DNA from: an uncultured cyanobacterium
GTDB lineage: Bacteria > Cyanobacteriota > Cyanobacteriia > Cyanobacteriales > Microcystaceae
DNA length: 64,000 nt
Direction: 5' to 3'
Assembly: GCA_963807635.1 (NCBI GenBank)
Contig: CAWEDJ010000075.1
Coordinates: 32,001-96,000 of the forward strand
Below are positions 42,737 to 53,691 of this stretch, piece after piece. How positions within the stretch are numbered: position 1 is the stretch's first letter; each line of letters begins with the position of its first letter. Below the pieces are notes generated by a model. It had not been told where the DNA came from. It made no database searches and saw nothing but the letters and a program-made list of their open reading frames with translations. A program made the position numbers and the translations under genes.

Positions 42737-43035
42737 ACATTAAATACTTGAGTTTTGAATTATTAATATTACTTGAGTATTCTGCCGATCACTTTTCAAG
42801 GATTCTCGGTTGACAACTGCAAACTATATTGAGACTGAACGCTAACAGGCAAGGTTCATAATGGGTCTCACCGATTATTTAGATGTTTAACTGTGAATTA
42901 TACAGGGATTTTTTATATATTAGCCTAAATCGACTATTAGCCTAAATAGACGATCAGAAGAAACATTTCTTATAATACCCTTTAAAACGTGTTATGCAGA
43001 TTAATCACAATGATATTTAGTAACAATAATAAAGC

Positions 43036-43965
43036 TCACTTTTCAGTACCGCATAACATATCTCCGTCTAATATTCTGATCCCAGATGTTTCAATCCCTC
43101 TCGCAATTTCATGCCCCCATCTATCACTCAATGTATGAATACCCTGTTCACCAAATTCTTGATGATATCCATCAGGTGCAGTCCACACTTCTTTTTCGTC
43201 ATACTTTGTGTATTTAGGATCTAAGTATTCTGTAGGTACATATGTCAATAAATCAGAGCATTCTTTTTTTGTGAGATTCTTTTTCAAAGAACGTATGATT
43301 AAAGTTCCTTGATGTCCACAGTCATCACACACGATATAATCGATAGCGTATGGCGGTAAATTTTTTATAATTCTTTCTCTTTCTTTTTTTTCAGCTTGAG
43401 CTTGTAGATCAGCAATCTGTTGTTGATGAATTGATTTTTTTGTAGCAACCTCCTTATCACAGGCTAAACCTATATCATTTCTTTTTTTACCAGCTTTCTC
43501 ATAGTCCTTAGAGATACAGGAAGTATCCTTCGTTATTTTTGGAGCGTAATACTTATGAAAAATATCTATACCAGGAGCAATTCTAGAGTTTAAATAAATA
43601 GCCTCTTTTAAGGATAATTTGCCACTAATAGCATTTTGTTTATAAGCATATTTTTGTTTTTGAATCGAATTATAATCTACTAAAATAACACTTATTAAAG
43701 TAATGAAGAATAAAGCATATACAAAATACAAAAAAGGATACTTTTTAGTATATTTTATAAAAAATTGTATAATTGTTACAATCGCGATGAATAAAAAACT
43801 AAGTGCTTTTAAAATTGTTAGCAGTATAAAACATACTATCCAAAGAATAGTACATCCTAAAAAAAAGTAAACGAAAGCCCAAAATAAAAGGTAAAATCCC
43901 ATTAGCATTGAATATTTAGTCCTTTGTAACAGTAAATGAATTATTTTATCTAAAAATAGCATCAA
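43036..43965 (-). CDS. hypothetical membrane-anchored protein (accessory)
   Basis: 309 aa, very AT-rich hydrophobic N-terminus, Cys-containing soluble C-terminus. Confidence 0.6.
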   Translation of the reverse strand: MMLFLDKIIHLLLQRTKYSMLMGFYLLFWAFVYFFLGCTILWIVCFILLTILKALSFLFIAIVTIIQFFIKYTKKYPFLYFVYALFFITLISVILVDYNSIQKQKYAYKQNAISGKLSLKEAIYLNSRIAPGIDIFHKYYAPKITKDTSCISKDYEKAGKKRNDIGLACDKEVATKKSIHQQQIADLQAQAEKKERERIIKNLPPYAIDYIVCDDCGHQGTLIIRSLKKNLTKKECSDLLTYVPTEYLDPKYTKYDEKEVWTAPDGYHQEFGEQGIHTLSDRWGHEIARGIETSGIRILDGDMLCGTEK

Positions 43966-44134
43966 ACCGCAAAAAAGAAAGTAATGTGTTTTTACTCGAA
44001 ATTCATTACCTTTTTAGCTTGAAATAACAGAGAAAGTATGCTATGCACAAACCTTTCCAGAATATAGCCACTATAATCGCTGCCAAGAATAGATCCTAGC
44101 TACTGTCTATAATTTCGTCCTTAGTTCAAAAAAA

Positions 44135-45487
44135 TCAGAGTAAAGCTAAAGCCAAAGCTCGAAAATCATCACCTCGATGCTCAAAACTTTGATATTGGTC
44201 AAAACTCGCACAAGCAGGAGACAACAAAACCACCTTCGCGCCTTTTTCGGGAGCTAACTCCAATCCTCTTTTAACCGCGATCGCCATCGTTTCGACAATT
44301 TCATAATCGTAATAACCTGATTTTTTGAACTGTTCAGCAAAAGCAGAAGCCGCTTCCCCAATCAGTAAAACCGTAGCCGCTTTCTCCTTAATTTCCGCAA
44401 TCCATTGACTATCATCCCCCTCCTTCGCTTCACCCCCTGCAATCAGAATAGCGGGACTACTTACCGACGCTAAACCCACCGCCGCAGCATCATAATTTGT
44501 CGCCTTACTATCATTAATAAAATCGACACCTTTGATCGTACAAATTCTTTCTAAACGGTGAGAAACTCCCGAAAAAGTCGCCATCGCATCGGTGATAGCT
44601 TTCTTATCAATTTTCGCCAAACGAGCCGCCGCCGTTGCCATCAGTAAATTTTGTTGATTATGACGACCCACCATTTTAAACAGATTAATTGGCAAAATTA
44701 ATTCCCCAAAAGCACAAACCCAGTTATCTTGCAGATAAACGCCCTTTGCAGATTCACAGAGTAATTGCTCTTTTCCTTGCACACTTGTCCAATAAGCATC
44801 ATTCCATTCCTGTTGACCCACGCTGGCTAAATGGGCATCATCTCCATTAAAAATCTGTAATTTAGACCGTTTTAATAAAGACGCTTTGATGTTGTAATAA
44901 TTTTCCAGGGTTTTATGACGACTTAGATGGTCAGGGGTAAAAGTTGTCCAGAGGCCAATTTTAGGCGCGAGTTCGGGGGAAGATTCAATTTGATAACTAC
45001 TGATTTCGGCAATAATCCAATCAAAGGACTGATTTTGTAAAACCAATTCACAGGCCGCATAACCGATATTGCCACAAGCAGGAGCATTTAAACCTGCGGA
45101 TTTAAAAATTGCGTTGATTAATGCGGTCGTTGTCGTTTTTCCATTGGTTCCTGTAATGCCGACCCAGGGAGTACTTTTCAAATACCGCCAAGCAAGTTCT
45201 AATTCACCAATGACATCAATACCTTTTTCTCTGGCTTGCACAAGAGCAGGTAAATCCCAGGGAACGCCAGGACTGACGACAATTAATTGGGGTAAATCAT
45301 CCAAATCTAAGGTTAATCGATGGCCTAAATCAAGCTGGATATCTTCTTTTTCTAACGGTTTACCCATTGCCTGCAAACTCTCGTTATTTGCGCGATCGCT
45401 GAGAACAACATCCCATCCTTCCCGTTTCAAAACTCTAGCGGCGGCAATTCCCGAACGTCCCAACCCGATAATGTTAGCCTTGGCCAT
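44135..45487 (-). CDS. murD: UDP-N-acetylmuramoyl-L-alanine--D-glutamate ligase
   Basis: [37 protein letters not shown]. Confidence 0.97.
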   Translation of the reverse strand: MAKANIIGLGRSGIAAARVLKREGWDVVLSDRANNESLQAMGKPLEKEDIQLDLGHRLTLDLDDLPQLIVVSPGVPWDLPALVQAREKGIDVIGELELAWRYLKSTPWVGITGTNGKTTTTALINAIFKSAGLNAPACGNIGYAACELVLQNQSFDWIIAEISSYQIESSPELAPKIGLWTTFTPDHLSRHKTLENYYNIKASLLKRSKLQIFNGDDAHLASVGQQEWNDAYWTSVQGKEQLLCESAKGVYLQDNWVCAFGELILPINLFKMVGRHNQQNLLMATAAARLAKIDKKAITDAMATFSGVSHRLERICTIKGVDFINDSKATNYDAAAVGLASVSSPAILIAGGEAKEGDDSQWIAEIKEKAATVLLIGEAASAFAEQFKKSGYYDYEIVETMAIAVKRGLELAPEKGAKVVLLSPACASFDQYQSFEHRGDDFRALALALL

Positions 45488-45579
45488 CCTAATCCTGATT
45501 TAACCTTATGTTAATTACTAAGCACAACATTCTATCCTAACCGTGCGGGGTATCTGTAACCGATTAGAATTTTTGTAAT

Positions 45580-46968
45580 TTAATCAAACTGTAATGGTTT
45601 GCCTCTGACTTGATCGAAAAATTGACCGCGCTCAAAAGCAATCTGACCATTCACCATCGTTACTACTGGCCAACCCGTCAAATTCCAACCTTCAAAGGGA
45701 CTCCAACCGCATTTAGTCTGTAATTCTGACCGCAAAACCTCATGATATTGGTTTAAATCGACTAAAACTAAATCCGCATCATAGCCCACCGCGATCGCAC
45801 CTTTATTGGGAATTTTGTAAGCTTTGGCCACATTCGCAGACATCCAGTTTGCCACCTGAGCAACGGTACATTTTCCTTGCATGGCTTGGGTCAACATCAA
45901 GGGTAAAGCCGTTTCGACTCCAGGCATTCCCGAAGGAACATTGGCAGGTTCCAGAAAGACCGTATCCGCCGAAGATATTTCCGATGGAGTCGAGATTGAT
46001 ATTTCTTCAGCCTGACCTTTTTCTGCTAGGGTATGGGGCGCGTGATCCGTTGCAATAAAATCAATCACTCCATCCAGTAGGGCCTGCCAAAGGATTTCTT
46101 GATCATGCAGCGATCGCAGGGGCGGATTCATCTTGGCAAAAGACCCAATTTTTTCATAGGCACTGGTATTCAGTAATAAATGCTGGGGCGTAACTTCTGC
46201 CGTTACCCAGGTCGGCTTATCTTGTCGTAATAATTCGGCTTCCTCGGCAGTGGACATATGCAGAATGTGTAATCGCCGTTGATATTTTTTGGAAAGTTTT
46301 AACGCCAGTTGGGTGGCATTCAGGGCCGCTTGATTATCCTGAATAATCGAATGAATCGCAGGATCAAGATTTCCCGCAAATTGTTGACGACGTTGGGCGA
46401 TCCGTGCTTGATCTTCGGCATGAACCGCAATTAGGCGATCGCCCTGGGAAAAAATTTTATCCAAAACGTCTTCTTGATCCAGTAATAAAGCCCCGTGCAT
46501 CGATCCCATAAACACCTTAATGCCACAGGTCGGATGAGCCGTTAGTAAATCAGGTAAAATTTCTGCCGTCGCCCCAATAAAAAAACCATAATTGACCAAA
46601 GACTTCTGGGCGGCTCGTTCTAATTTGTCATCTAAGGCTGCTTGAGTCGTGGTTAAAGGGCGGGTATTGGGCATCTCCAGAAAACTAGTGACTCCTCCTC
46701 TAGCGCAGGCCCGACTCGCTGTGGCCAAATCTTCCTTGTGTTCTAAACCAGGCTCACGGAAATGCACCTGGGGATCAATCACGCCTGGTAACAAAGTCAA
46801 TCCTGTTGCGTCTATAATCTGACTAGCCTGGGCATCCGCTATACTAGGAGAAATTTCTCGAATTGTTCCCCCTTCTATGAGGACATCCCCTTTGAAAAAC
46901 TCGCCACTGGGTAACAAAATCCGTGCATGGCGAATCAATAACGGTGATGGAGAAACCATTAGCCTCAT
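45580..46968 (-). CDS. pyrC: dihydroorotase
   Basis: PGVIDPQVHFREPG, EMPNT, EVTPQHL, KMNPPLR, ATDHAPH. Confidence 0.9.
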   Translation of the reverse strand: MRLMVSPSPLLIRHARILLPSGEFFKGDVLIEGGTIREISPSIADAQASQIIDATGLTLLPGVIDPQVHFREPGLEHKEDLATASRACARGGVTSFLEMPNTRPLTTTQAALDDKLERAAQKSLVNYGFFIGATAEILPDLLTAHPTCGIKVFMGSMHGALLLDQEDVLDKIFSQGDRLIAVHAEDQARIAQRRQQFAGNLDPAIHSIIQDNQAALNATQLALKLSKKYQRRLHILHMSTAEEAELLRQDKPTWVTAEVTPQHLLLNTSAYEKIGSFAKMNPPLRSLHDQEILWQALLDGVIDFIATDHAPHTLAEKGQAEEISISTPSEISSADTVFLEPANVPSGMPGVETALPLMLTQAMQGKCTVAQVANWMSANVAKAYKIPNKGAIAVGYDADLVLVDLNQYHEVLRSELQTKCGWSPFEGWNLTGWPVVTMVNGQIAFERGQFFDQVRGKPLQFD

Positions 46969-47087
46969 CCTCGATTTAAGAATAACTTTATTATCCTATC
47001 GTTGACCTTCGTTAAACTAGAAGAGACACGATTTTTAATGCTCTTATCCTTACCGTACCCAACTTTATTTTTGGTAGTAGCCCCACT

Positions 47088-47717
47088 ATGACGCGAAGCT
47101 TAGATCAAAAGCCTGTGAAAACGACCCTATCTTACGAAACTTGGGTAGAAGCCGCTAAAACCATCATCACCGCAGGAATTTTAGCCGTTGGGATTCGGAC
47201 ATTCGTTGCTGAGGCGCGTTATATCCCTTCTTCCTCAATGGAACCGACCCTTCAAATTAACGATCGCCTGATTATTGAAAAAATTAGTTACCATCTTCAT
47301 GATCCAAAACGGGGTGATGTGGTTGTCTTTAATCCGACCGATGCTTTAAAAGCCAGAAACTTTAAAGATGCTTTTATTAAACGGATTATCGGTTTACCTG
47401 GCGATACTATTAAAATTTCCAACGGCATAGTTTATGTCAATGGTGGTAAGCTTTCGGAAGATTATATTGCCCAAAAACCTGATTACGAATTTGGCCCCGT
47501 CAAGGTTCCTGAAGGTCAATATTTAGTATTAGGCGATAACCGCAATAATAGTTACGATTCCCATTACTGGGGTTTTGTCCCCAAAGATAAGTTTGTGGGT
47601 CGTGCCTTTGTTCGTTTTTGGCCTTTTACTCGTTTAGGAACGCTAGACCAACATTCGGGAGAACAACCCGCTCCTGCAAATGCTCCTAATACTGATACAG
47701 TCAAATCTCTGAAATAA
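47088..47717 (+). CDS. lepB: signal peptidase I
   Basis: IPSSSMEPTL, FIKRIIGLPGD, GDNRNNSYDSHYWG. Confidence 0.95.
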   Translation: MTRSLDQKPVKTTLSYETWVEAAKTIITAGILAVGIRTFVAEARYIPSSSMEPTLQINDRLIIEKISYHLHDPKRGDVVVFNPTDALKARNFKDAFIKRIIGLPGDTIKISNGIVYVNGGKLSEDYIAQKPDYEFGPVKVPEGQYLVLGDNRNNSYDSHYWGFVPKDKFVGRAFVRFWPFTRLGTLDQHSGEQPAPANAPNTDTVKSLK

Positions 47718-47851
47718 TTCTTCAAAATACAATACTTTCTATCCAAATCTCAGACTCTAAATTTAACGAATAAAAATGCGATCGCTTTCTCTTCTTTTCG
47801 TTATAGATTCTGAGATTTACTATTGATAAGCATAAAACGAAAAAACTAAAC

Positions 47852-48790
47852 TTACTTGGGTGTGGTGACTCCATTCGTGCCAACTTGAACATTGGGAGCT
47901 TGGATAATGGTGGCTTGTTGGCCATTCCACTTTTCAATTCTGGCTCGTTCAACCCGCAGACGTTCTAATTCAATCAATTGGGGCGTAACGGAAGACGATC
48001 GCAGACGATTGGATTCTGATTCTGCACGAGCCTGTTCAATGGTCACTTGGGCTTCACCTTTGGCTTTTGCGACATTTGCGGCGGCTTCTGCTTGCACCTT
48101 ACGACGATTTGCTTCAGAAGTTTGGGCGGCTTGTTGAGCGGCAAATTGTTCATCAATACTCTTTTGAATATCGGGTGGCAAACGTAACGGGCCTAGCAAA
48201 GAAATATCTTGAACGGTAATAATCGGAAATCGTTTTTGGGTGCAATTAACCACTGCCGCAACTAATTTTTGCTGATTATAGGGTAACATTGAAGGAGTTA
48301 ATTTTAAATCTTCTGAAACTTCTGAAAAACAATTTCTCAGACCATTTCGTAATTCATTTGCTCGAAAAGCATCGGGGGTTTTGCGATAGGTTTTATAAAA
48401 TTGATGCAGTTTGGTTTCCGTACTATTGGGAACTGCTTCAGTGGTAAATCCAAAGGACACACCCACATCCGCAGAGACAGGACTTCCCCCCACAGAAAAA
48501 ACAATCGATTCATCGGTTGGAGAACCTTCGATAGAGGATTTTGTAAAAGGATAGGTATTAATATAGGTGGGAAAAATAACCACCTCTTCGGTGTAGGCAT
48601 TGTACCAAACTCGACCCGTTACCAATTGAGCATTTTCGATGCCTTTTTCTCCGCCATAGAGTTGTATTTTTAGTCCTGCAAAGCCTGGTTCAACAGTGGC
48701 AATACTGGTTCCTGGGATAACGCCACAGGAACTTAATCCGCTAGCAATTAATACTAGTAAACTGGTTTTTATAAGGTTAGACTTTAGCAT
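47852..48790 (-). CDS. SPFH/band 7 family lipoprotein
   Basis: Lipobox LSSC, VEPGFAGLKI, Ala/Glu-rich coiled coil, IEKWNG. Confidence 0.8.
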   Translation of the reverse strand: MLKSNLIKTSLLVLIASGLSSCGVIPGTSIATVEPGFAGLKIQLYGGEKGIENAQLVTGRVWYNAYTEEVVIFPTYINTYPFTKSSIEGSPTDESIVFSVGGSPVSADVGVSFGFTTEAVPNSTETKLHQFYKTYRKTPDAFRANELRNGLRNCFSEVSEDLKLTPSMLPYNQQKLVAAVVNCTQKRFPIITVQDISLLGPLRLPPDIQKSIDEQFAAQQAAQTSEANRRKVQAEAAANVAKAKGEAQVTIEQARAESESNRLRSSSVTPQLIELERLRVERARIEKWNGQQATIIQAPNVQVGTNGVTTPK

Positions 48791-49170
48791 TATTTTTCCT
48801 GTTTTAATACATCAATCAATGAAATTTCTAAATCATCAAAATTTGGATCATCATTGATAGCTTTTAAGAGTTGTAAATTTTGTTGAATTTGAGTGACCGA
48901 GAATCCTAAAAAGGGATCAATTCCTAAATAAGTATAATTTGGAAAATGTCGAATAAATAGGGATCGCGCTTTCTGGGCATTTTTGATTTTGACAGCAGCA
49001 TAAATGCCAGAAGTGCCTAATAAGCTGGGAACCAATAGCCAAATCCCAAAACCGATTAGGGGTTTATCGGAATTCAAAAAAATAGGTGCGATCGCAATCA
49101 GAAAAAAAGATAAAATAATTTCAGTAATCCCGATCGCAAACCATTTCTGGAGGGTCGTCAGGTGCTTCAA
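48790..49170 (-). CDS. 2-TM membrane protein coupled to the SPFH gene
   Basis: TAATG stop/start overlap at 48790. Confidence 0.7.
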   Translation of the reverse strand: MKHLTTLQKWFAIGITEIILSFFLIAIAPIFLNSDKPLIGFGIWLLVPSLLGTSGIYAAVKIKNAQKARSLFIRHFPNYTYLGIDPFLGFSVTQIQQNLQLLKAINDDPNFDDLEISLIDVLKQEK

Positions 49171-49334
49171 TCTATCCTCCTGATGACGGCTAAAAAGTTT
49201 AATTATGGGGATATTTTTAGTTTAACCCCAAAAATCGCGATCGCCGACGCACTTCAATATTTCGTAAAATTAAGGGGTAGGGAGCAAGTCTATCCTGTTA
49301 AAATTACGCTGATCGCTATCATTTGCATCACAAC

Positions 49335-49718
49335 CTAACTTTTTAAATAATTGCTAATAATTTCTGTGGTAACTTGTTCTATATTGGGAATTTCAGAAGG
49401 AATAATTTTATCTTCAATATGTTTATGATTGAGATAACCTAAATCAGGTTTATATTTTGCATTATCATAGCGAAATATTAGGTTACTATCTCGGTCTTGA
49501 TAGTGGAATGAATAGGATAGTTTTTCGATGGAATTTTGCAAGTTAATGTATTCTTTGAAGAATAAATGGGAATCATCCCGAAATTCTAGGCTTCCTTGAA
49601 TAAAACCGATATAAGTTGATCTGGAATCGACGGAAAACTCAAAAGAGAGAATCCAACCTTCATTCACATATTTTTGAATAGTAGTGATGAAATTCGATTG
49701 GTATTGATTAAGGAACAT
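49335..49718 (-). CDS. DUF6516/TumE-like toxin
   Basis: YSFHYQD...LIFRYDNA...HKH. Confidence 0.75.
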   Translation of the reverse strand: MFLNQYQSNFITTIQKYVNEGWILSFEFSVDSRSTYIGFIQGSLEFRDDSHLFFKEYINLQNSIEKLSYSFHYQDRDSNLIFRYDNAKYKPDLGYLNHKHIEDKIIPSEIPNIEQVTTEIISNYLKS

Positions 49719-50031
49719 ACTCGATCTCTTCTAATTTTTGTAGGGCATTCATTAACTTTTTCTTGATTTGTATTTCTCCTGCCCAACTCACATATTCATC
49801 ATCCCCTCCTTCCAGATTTTCTGCTGTCCAATGGGTAATAAAAAAATCGGAAGATATTTGATATTTATCTTCAAATTTAAGTAATATATGATTGGTTTTT
49901 TCCAAGGAGCGTAATAAACTTTTTATTTCGGATTCAATAGCATTTTTGACTAAGCTTTTAACACTCTCGACATCGGAAGAATCGGATTTTATTTGTAGTT
50001 GTAGCATGAGATTTTTTAGGAAATGGGACAA
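49708..50031 (-). CDS. putative antitoxin partner of the DUF6516 gene
   Basis: FEDKYQISSDFF...DEYVSWAGE. Overlaps the toxin start by 11 nt. Confidence 0.7.
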   Translation of the reverse strand: MSHFLKNLMLQLQIKSDSSDVESVKSLVKNAIESEIKSLLRSLEKTNHILLKFEDKYQISSDFFITHWTAENLEGGDDEYVSWAGEIQIKKKLMNALQKLEEIEYVP

Positions 50032-50167
50032 GATTCAGGTTAATTATTTGTCATTAGGATAAGGCGATCGCGTTTCAGATTTTCTAATGGTGCTATTATA
50101 AGCCGATCACTAAAGTTTTGGTCATCCATTCTACATTTGATTTCAAGTAGTTACTACTATTCAGAAT

Positions 50168-51073
50168 TTAAACGGGTAAGAAACAAGCTAAAGGAAAAAG
50201 AATATATTCCAAGAAAAATAGCTTCCAAATAAATTGATAAAAGTCGGCGATCGCACTTTTTTGAGTCAGATCAACCCCTCGACTGCGCCACCACAATAGA
50301 CCCAATAAAACTAGGTGAAAACCCACAAAAAAAGGCACATTAATCAAACCCAATCCCAAAATTCCGACTAATGCCATCCCTAAATAACAAATAGTAATTA
50401 CCCAACGAGTCAGATTAAAAATCACCGATGGCCCCCAAATTAGGGTAAAGGTCTGAATTTGATATTTTTTATCCCCTTCCAAATCGGGTACATCTTTAAA
50501 AACCGCGATCGCGATCGTGAAGATCAAAACAAAGAAAGTCAGTACCCAAACAACAGGCGGAATCAATACGGGTAACGTGACAGCCCCATTAAACTGTAAA
50601 AATAAACCTAAATTGACAATAATTCCCCGCACCGTCAAAATACAAAATGCCGCCAATAGGGGAAAACGTTTCAATCGAATCGGTGGAACGGAATAGGCAG
50701 TGCCAATCAATAAACTAATGCCAACGGTCAGCCATAGCCAAAAACCGACTAAAGAAGCGATTACAATGGCGAAAAATCCTGTTAAACCGACAATCCATTG
50801 ACCTTGTTTGAGGGAAAATTGCCCACTGGCCAACGGTAAATCGGGTTTATTGACCTGATCAATTTCCACATCATAGAGTTGATTTAAGCCAACAATGTAA
50901 ATATTTCCGCATAAACAAGCTGTCCAGGCTCCTAAAAGCTCTTTTAACTGATCAACGCTAATGGTATTTTGATTGGTTGCAAGGGCAATAAAATAGAGGG
51001 CAAAAACACTCAAACTTGTCCCAAGAATGGTATGAGGGCGGGAAAATTTCCAAAAACTTGATAAATAGGACAT
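50168..51073 (-). CDS. hpt: homogentisate phytyltransferase (tocopherol synthesis)
   Basis: FWKFSRPHT, GLNQLYDVEIDQVNKP, KDVPDLEGD, FYQFIWKLFFLEY. Confidence 0.93.
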   Translation of the reverse strand: MSYLSSFWKFSRPHTILGTSLSVFALYFIALATNQNTISVDQLKELLGAWTACLCGNIYIVGLNQLYDVEIDQVNKPDLPLASGQFSLKQGQWIVGLTGFFAIVIASLVGFWLWLTVGISLLIGTAYSVPPIRLKRFPLLAAFCILTVRGIIVNLGLFLQFNGAVTLPVLIPPVVWVLTFFVLIFTIAIAVFKDVPDLEGDKKYQIQTFTLIWGPSVIFNLTRWVITICYLGMALVGILGLGLINVPFFVGFHLVLLGLLWWRSRGVDLTQKSAIADFYQFIWKLFFLEYILFPLACFLPV

Positions 51074-51256
51074 TAATTCAGAATTTATGATTTGGGTAAA
51101 GGGATTTTCCTAATTTAGCGTTTTTCAAGGGACTCAGGAACACAGCCCAATGAGACCAATCATTTTCAGATATTTTCAGAAGAAAGACCCAAAATCGGCG
51201 ATCGCGTAGGCTTTTATATTACAATTTGTAAATAAATGTTTGGGGAATAGGACTAA

Positions 51257-52715
51257 ATGCGAGTCGCGATCGTTGGTGCAGGATTAGCGGGAATGGCAAC
51301 TGCTATTGACTTAGTAGATGCAGGATGTGAAGTTGAAATGTTTGAATCCCGCCCCTTTGTGGGAGGTAAAGTCAGCAGTTGGAAAGATTCTGATGGAAAC
51401 CATATTGAAATGGGATTACACGTCTTTTTTGGCTGTTATTACAACCTATTTACCCTTATGGAAAAAGTCGGGGCGGGCAATGCGCTACGACTCAAGGAAC
51501 ATACCCATACCTTTGTTAATAAAGGCGGCAGACTGGGAGAACTGGATTTTCGTTTTATCACAGGTGCGCCTTTCAACGGATTAAAAGCCTTTTTTACCAC
51601 TTCCCAACTGTCTGCTGGCGATAAAGTGGCCAATTTCTGCCCTCGGAACCAGTCCCATTGTGCGGGCTTTAGTGGATTTTGACGGAGCCATGACCACCAT
51701 TCGCAAACTCGATTCCATTAGCTTTGCCGATTGGTTTCGCAGTCACGGTGGCAACAATGGCAGTCTGCGAAAAATGTGGGACCCGATCGCCTACGCCCTG
51801 GGTTTTATCGATACAGAAAATATTTCAGCCCGTTGTATGCTGACGATTTTTCAATTTTTTGCCACTAAAACTGAAGCTTCTGTGTTGCGAATGTTGGAAG
51901 GTTCCCCCGATGAATATTTACATAAACCGATTGTTAACTATCTAGAAACCAGGGGCGTAAAAATTCATACCCGTCGTCAGGTTCGAGAAATTTTATTTAC
52001 CGAAAAAGATGATCAAGCAAAGGTAACAGGACTCGCGATCGCCGATGGAGAAAATACGGAAACCATTACCGCCGATGCCTACGTTTGCGCCTGTGATATC
52101 CCAGGAATTCAGCGACTATTACCCCAAGCCTGGCGGAAGTGGCCAATTTTCGACAATATTTATCAATTAACTGCCGTTCCTGTCGCTACCGTTCAATTAC
52201 GCTTTGATGGTTGGGTCACGGAATTGCATGATCCCGTTAAACGCAAACAACTCGAAAAAGCCGAAGGTCTGGATAATTTACTCTATACCCCCGACGCGGA
52301 TTTTTCCTGTTTTGCCGATCTCGCTCTCACTAGTCCCGCCGACTATTACCGAGAGGGGGAAGGGTCCTGATTGCAACTGGTTTTAACGCCTGGCGATCCC
52401 TTTATTAAGGAAAAAAATGAAGATATTGCCAATCACGTTCTAGCACAGGTTCGAGAATTATTTCCTTCGGCACGGGATTTAAATATGACCTGGTATAGCG
52501 TGGTGAAATTAGCCCAGTCTCTTTATCGAGAGGCTCCTGGCATGGATGTCTATCGTCCTTCCCAAAAAACCGCGATCGGCAACTTTTTCCTAGCAGGAAG
52601 TTATACCCAACAGGACTATATTGACAGCATGGAAGGCGCAACCCTTTCAGGCAAACAAGCGGCTCAAGTCATCCTAAAAAGTGCAGTCGCAATTAAAGAA
52701 TTATCTCAATTTTAG
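51257..52715 (+). CDS. crtQ: zeta-carotene desaturase, two frameshifts near 51640 and 52368
   Basis: [45 protein letters not shown]. Confidence 0.92.
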
Positions 52716-52731
52716 AATCCCCAACAAAAAA

Positions 52732-53178
52732 ATGGCAAACTGGTTAGAACATAGCGTACAGATCGAAGTCGATGCACCCATCGATTTAGTGTGGGAATTG
52801 TGGTCAGATTTAGAACAAATGCCCCGTTGGATGAAGTGGATTGAATCAGTTACGGTCTTAGAAGAAAATCCCGATTTATCCCGTTGGAAACTTGCGACCA
52901 CAGGTTTAGAATTTACCTGGTTATCTCGAATTACTAAGTTATCTCCCCGCCAAATTATCCAATGGGAATCAGTGGATGGTTTACCGAATCGGGGAGCCGT
53001 GCGTTTTTATGGCAGTCAGAATAAAAGCGTTGTTCGCCTAACGATTGCCTACGCAATTCCAGGTTGGTTGGGTAAATTAATGGATAACTTATTTTTAGGT
53101 AGAGCAGTAGAATCGACAATTCAAGCAGATTTAGAACGATTTAAGGAATATATCACCAAACTTCAAGCCGAAGCTTAA
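52732..53178 (+). CDS. SRPBCC/cyclase-family protein
   Basis: MANWLEHSVQIEV, QMPRWMKWI, GLPNRGAVRFY. Usual neighbour of crtQ. Confidence 0.88.
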   Translation: MANWLEHSVQIEVDAPIDLVWELWSDLEQMPRWMKWIESVTVLEENPDLSRWKLATTGLEFTWLSRITKLSPRQIIQWESVDGLPNRGAVRFYGSQNKSVVRLTIAYAIPGWLGKLMDNLFLGRAVESTIQADLERFKEYITKLQAEA

Positions 53179-53194
53179 CGAGTTAACTCTAAAC

Positions 53195-53611
53195 TTGCCA
53201 ATGCTCTATTCTCGAACCATTCGTTTAAGCGATACAGATGCGGCGGGAGTGACTTATTTTGCGTCCCTATTGTCCATTTGTCATGAAGCCTACGAAGATC
53301 GCCTTCTTCAATCAGGGATTAATCTCAAAACTTTTTTTCGGAATACAGAAACCGCCTTACCCATCGTTCATGGGGAAATCGATTTTTTTCAACCCCTCTT
53401 TTGTGGCGATCGCATTGAGATTCAATTGATCCCCTACCGAATTAATGAACATAGTTTTGAAATTAGCTACCAGATTTTTTTATGCCAATCTCCTGACAAA
53501 AAAATTGCCCAGGGAAAAACCAAACACGTCTGTATCAATCCCCTCTCTCGTGAGAAAAAAGCACTCCCTGAGCCTATTCAAAAAGCGGTCTTCCGTGACT
53601 CAGATCACTGA
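53195..53611 (+). CDS. hotdog thioesterase (DHNA-CoA hydrolase-like)
   Basis: DTDAAGVTYF, CHEAYE, LPIVH...DFFQPL. Confidence 0.85.
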   Translation: MPMLYSRTIRLSDTDAAGVTYFASLLSICHEAYEDRLLQSGINLKTFFRNTETALPIVHGEIDFFQPLFCGDRIEIQLIPYRINEHSFEISYQIFLCQSPDKKIAQGKTKHVCINPLSREKKALPEPIQKAVFRDSDH

Positions 53612-53691
53612 TAATTAAAGAAATGGATCACGGATGATTTCACAATACTCTTTATAATTAGGCAAATCATCAAAATCAGTTTTTTTCCGCC

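Noticed and set aside
42780..43030. Integron attC site between the orphan genes
   Set aside because: GTTAGCG and GTTATGC occur, but I could not pair R and L boxes into a convincing hairpin and there is no integrase.
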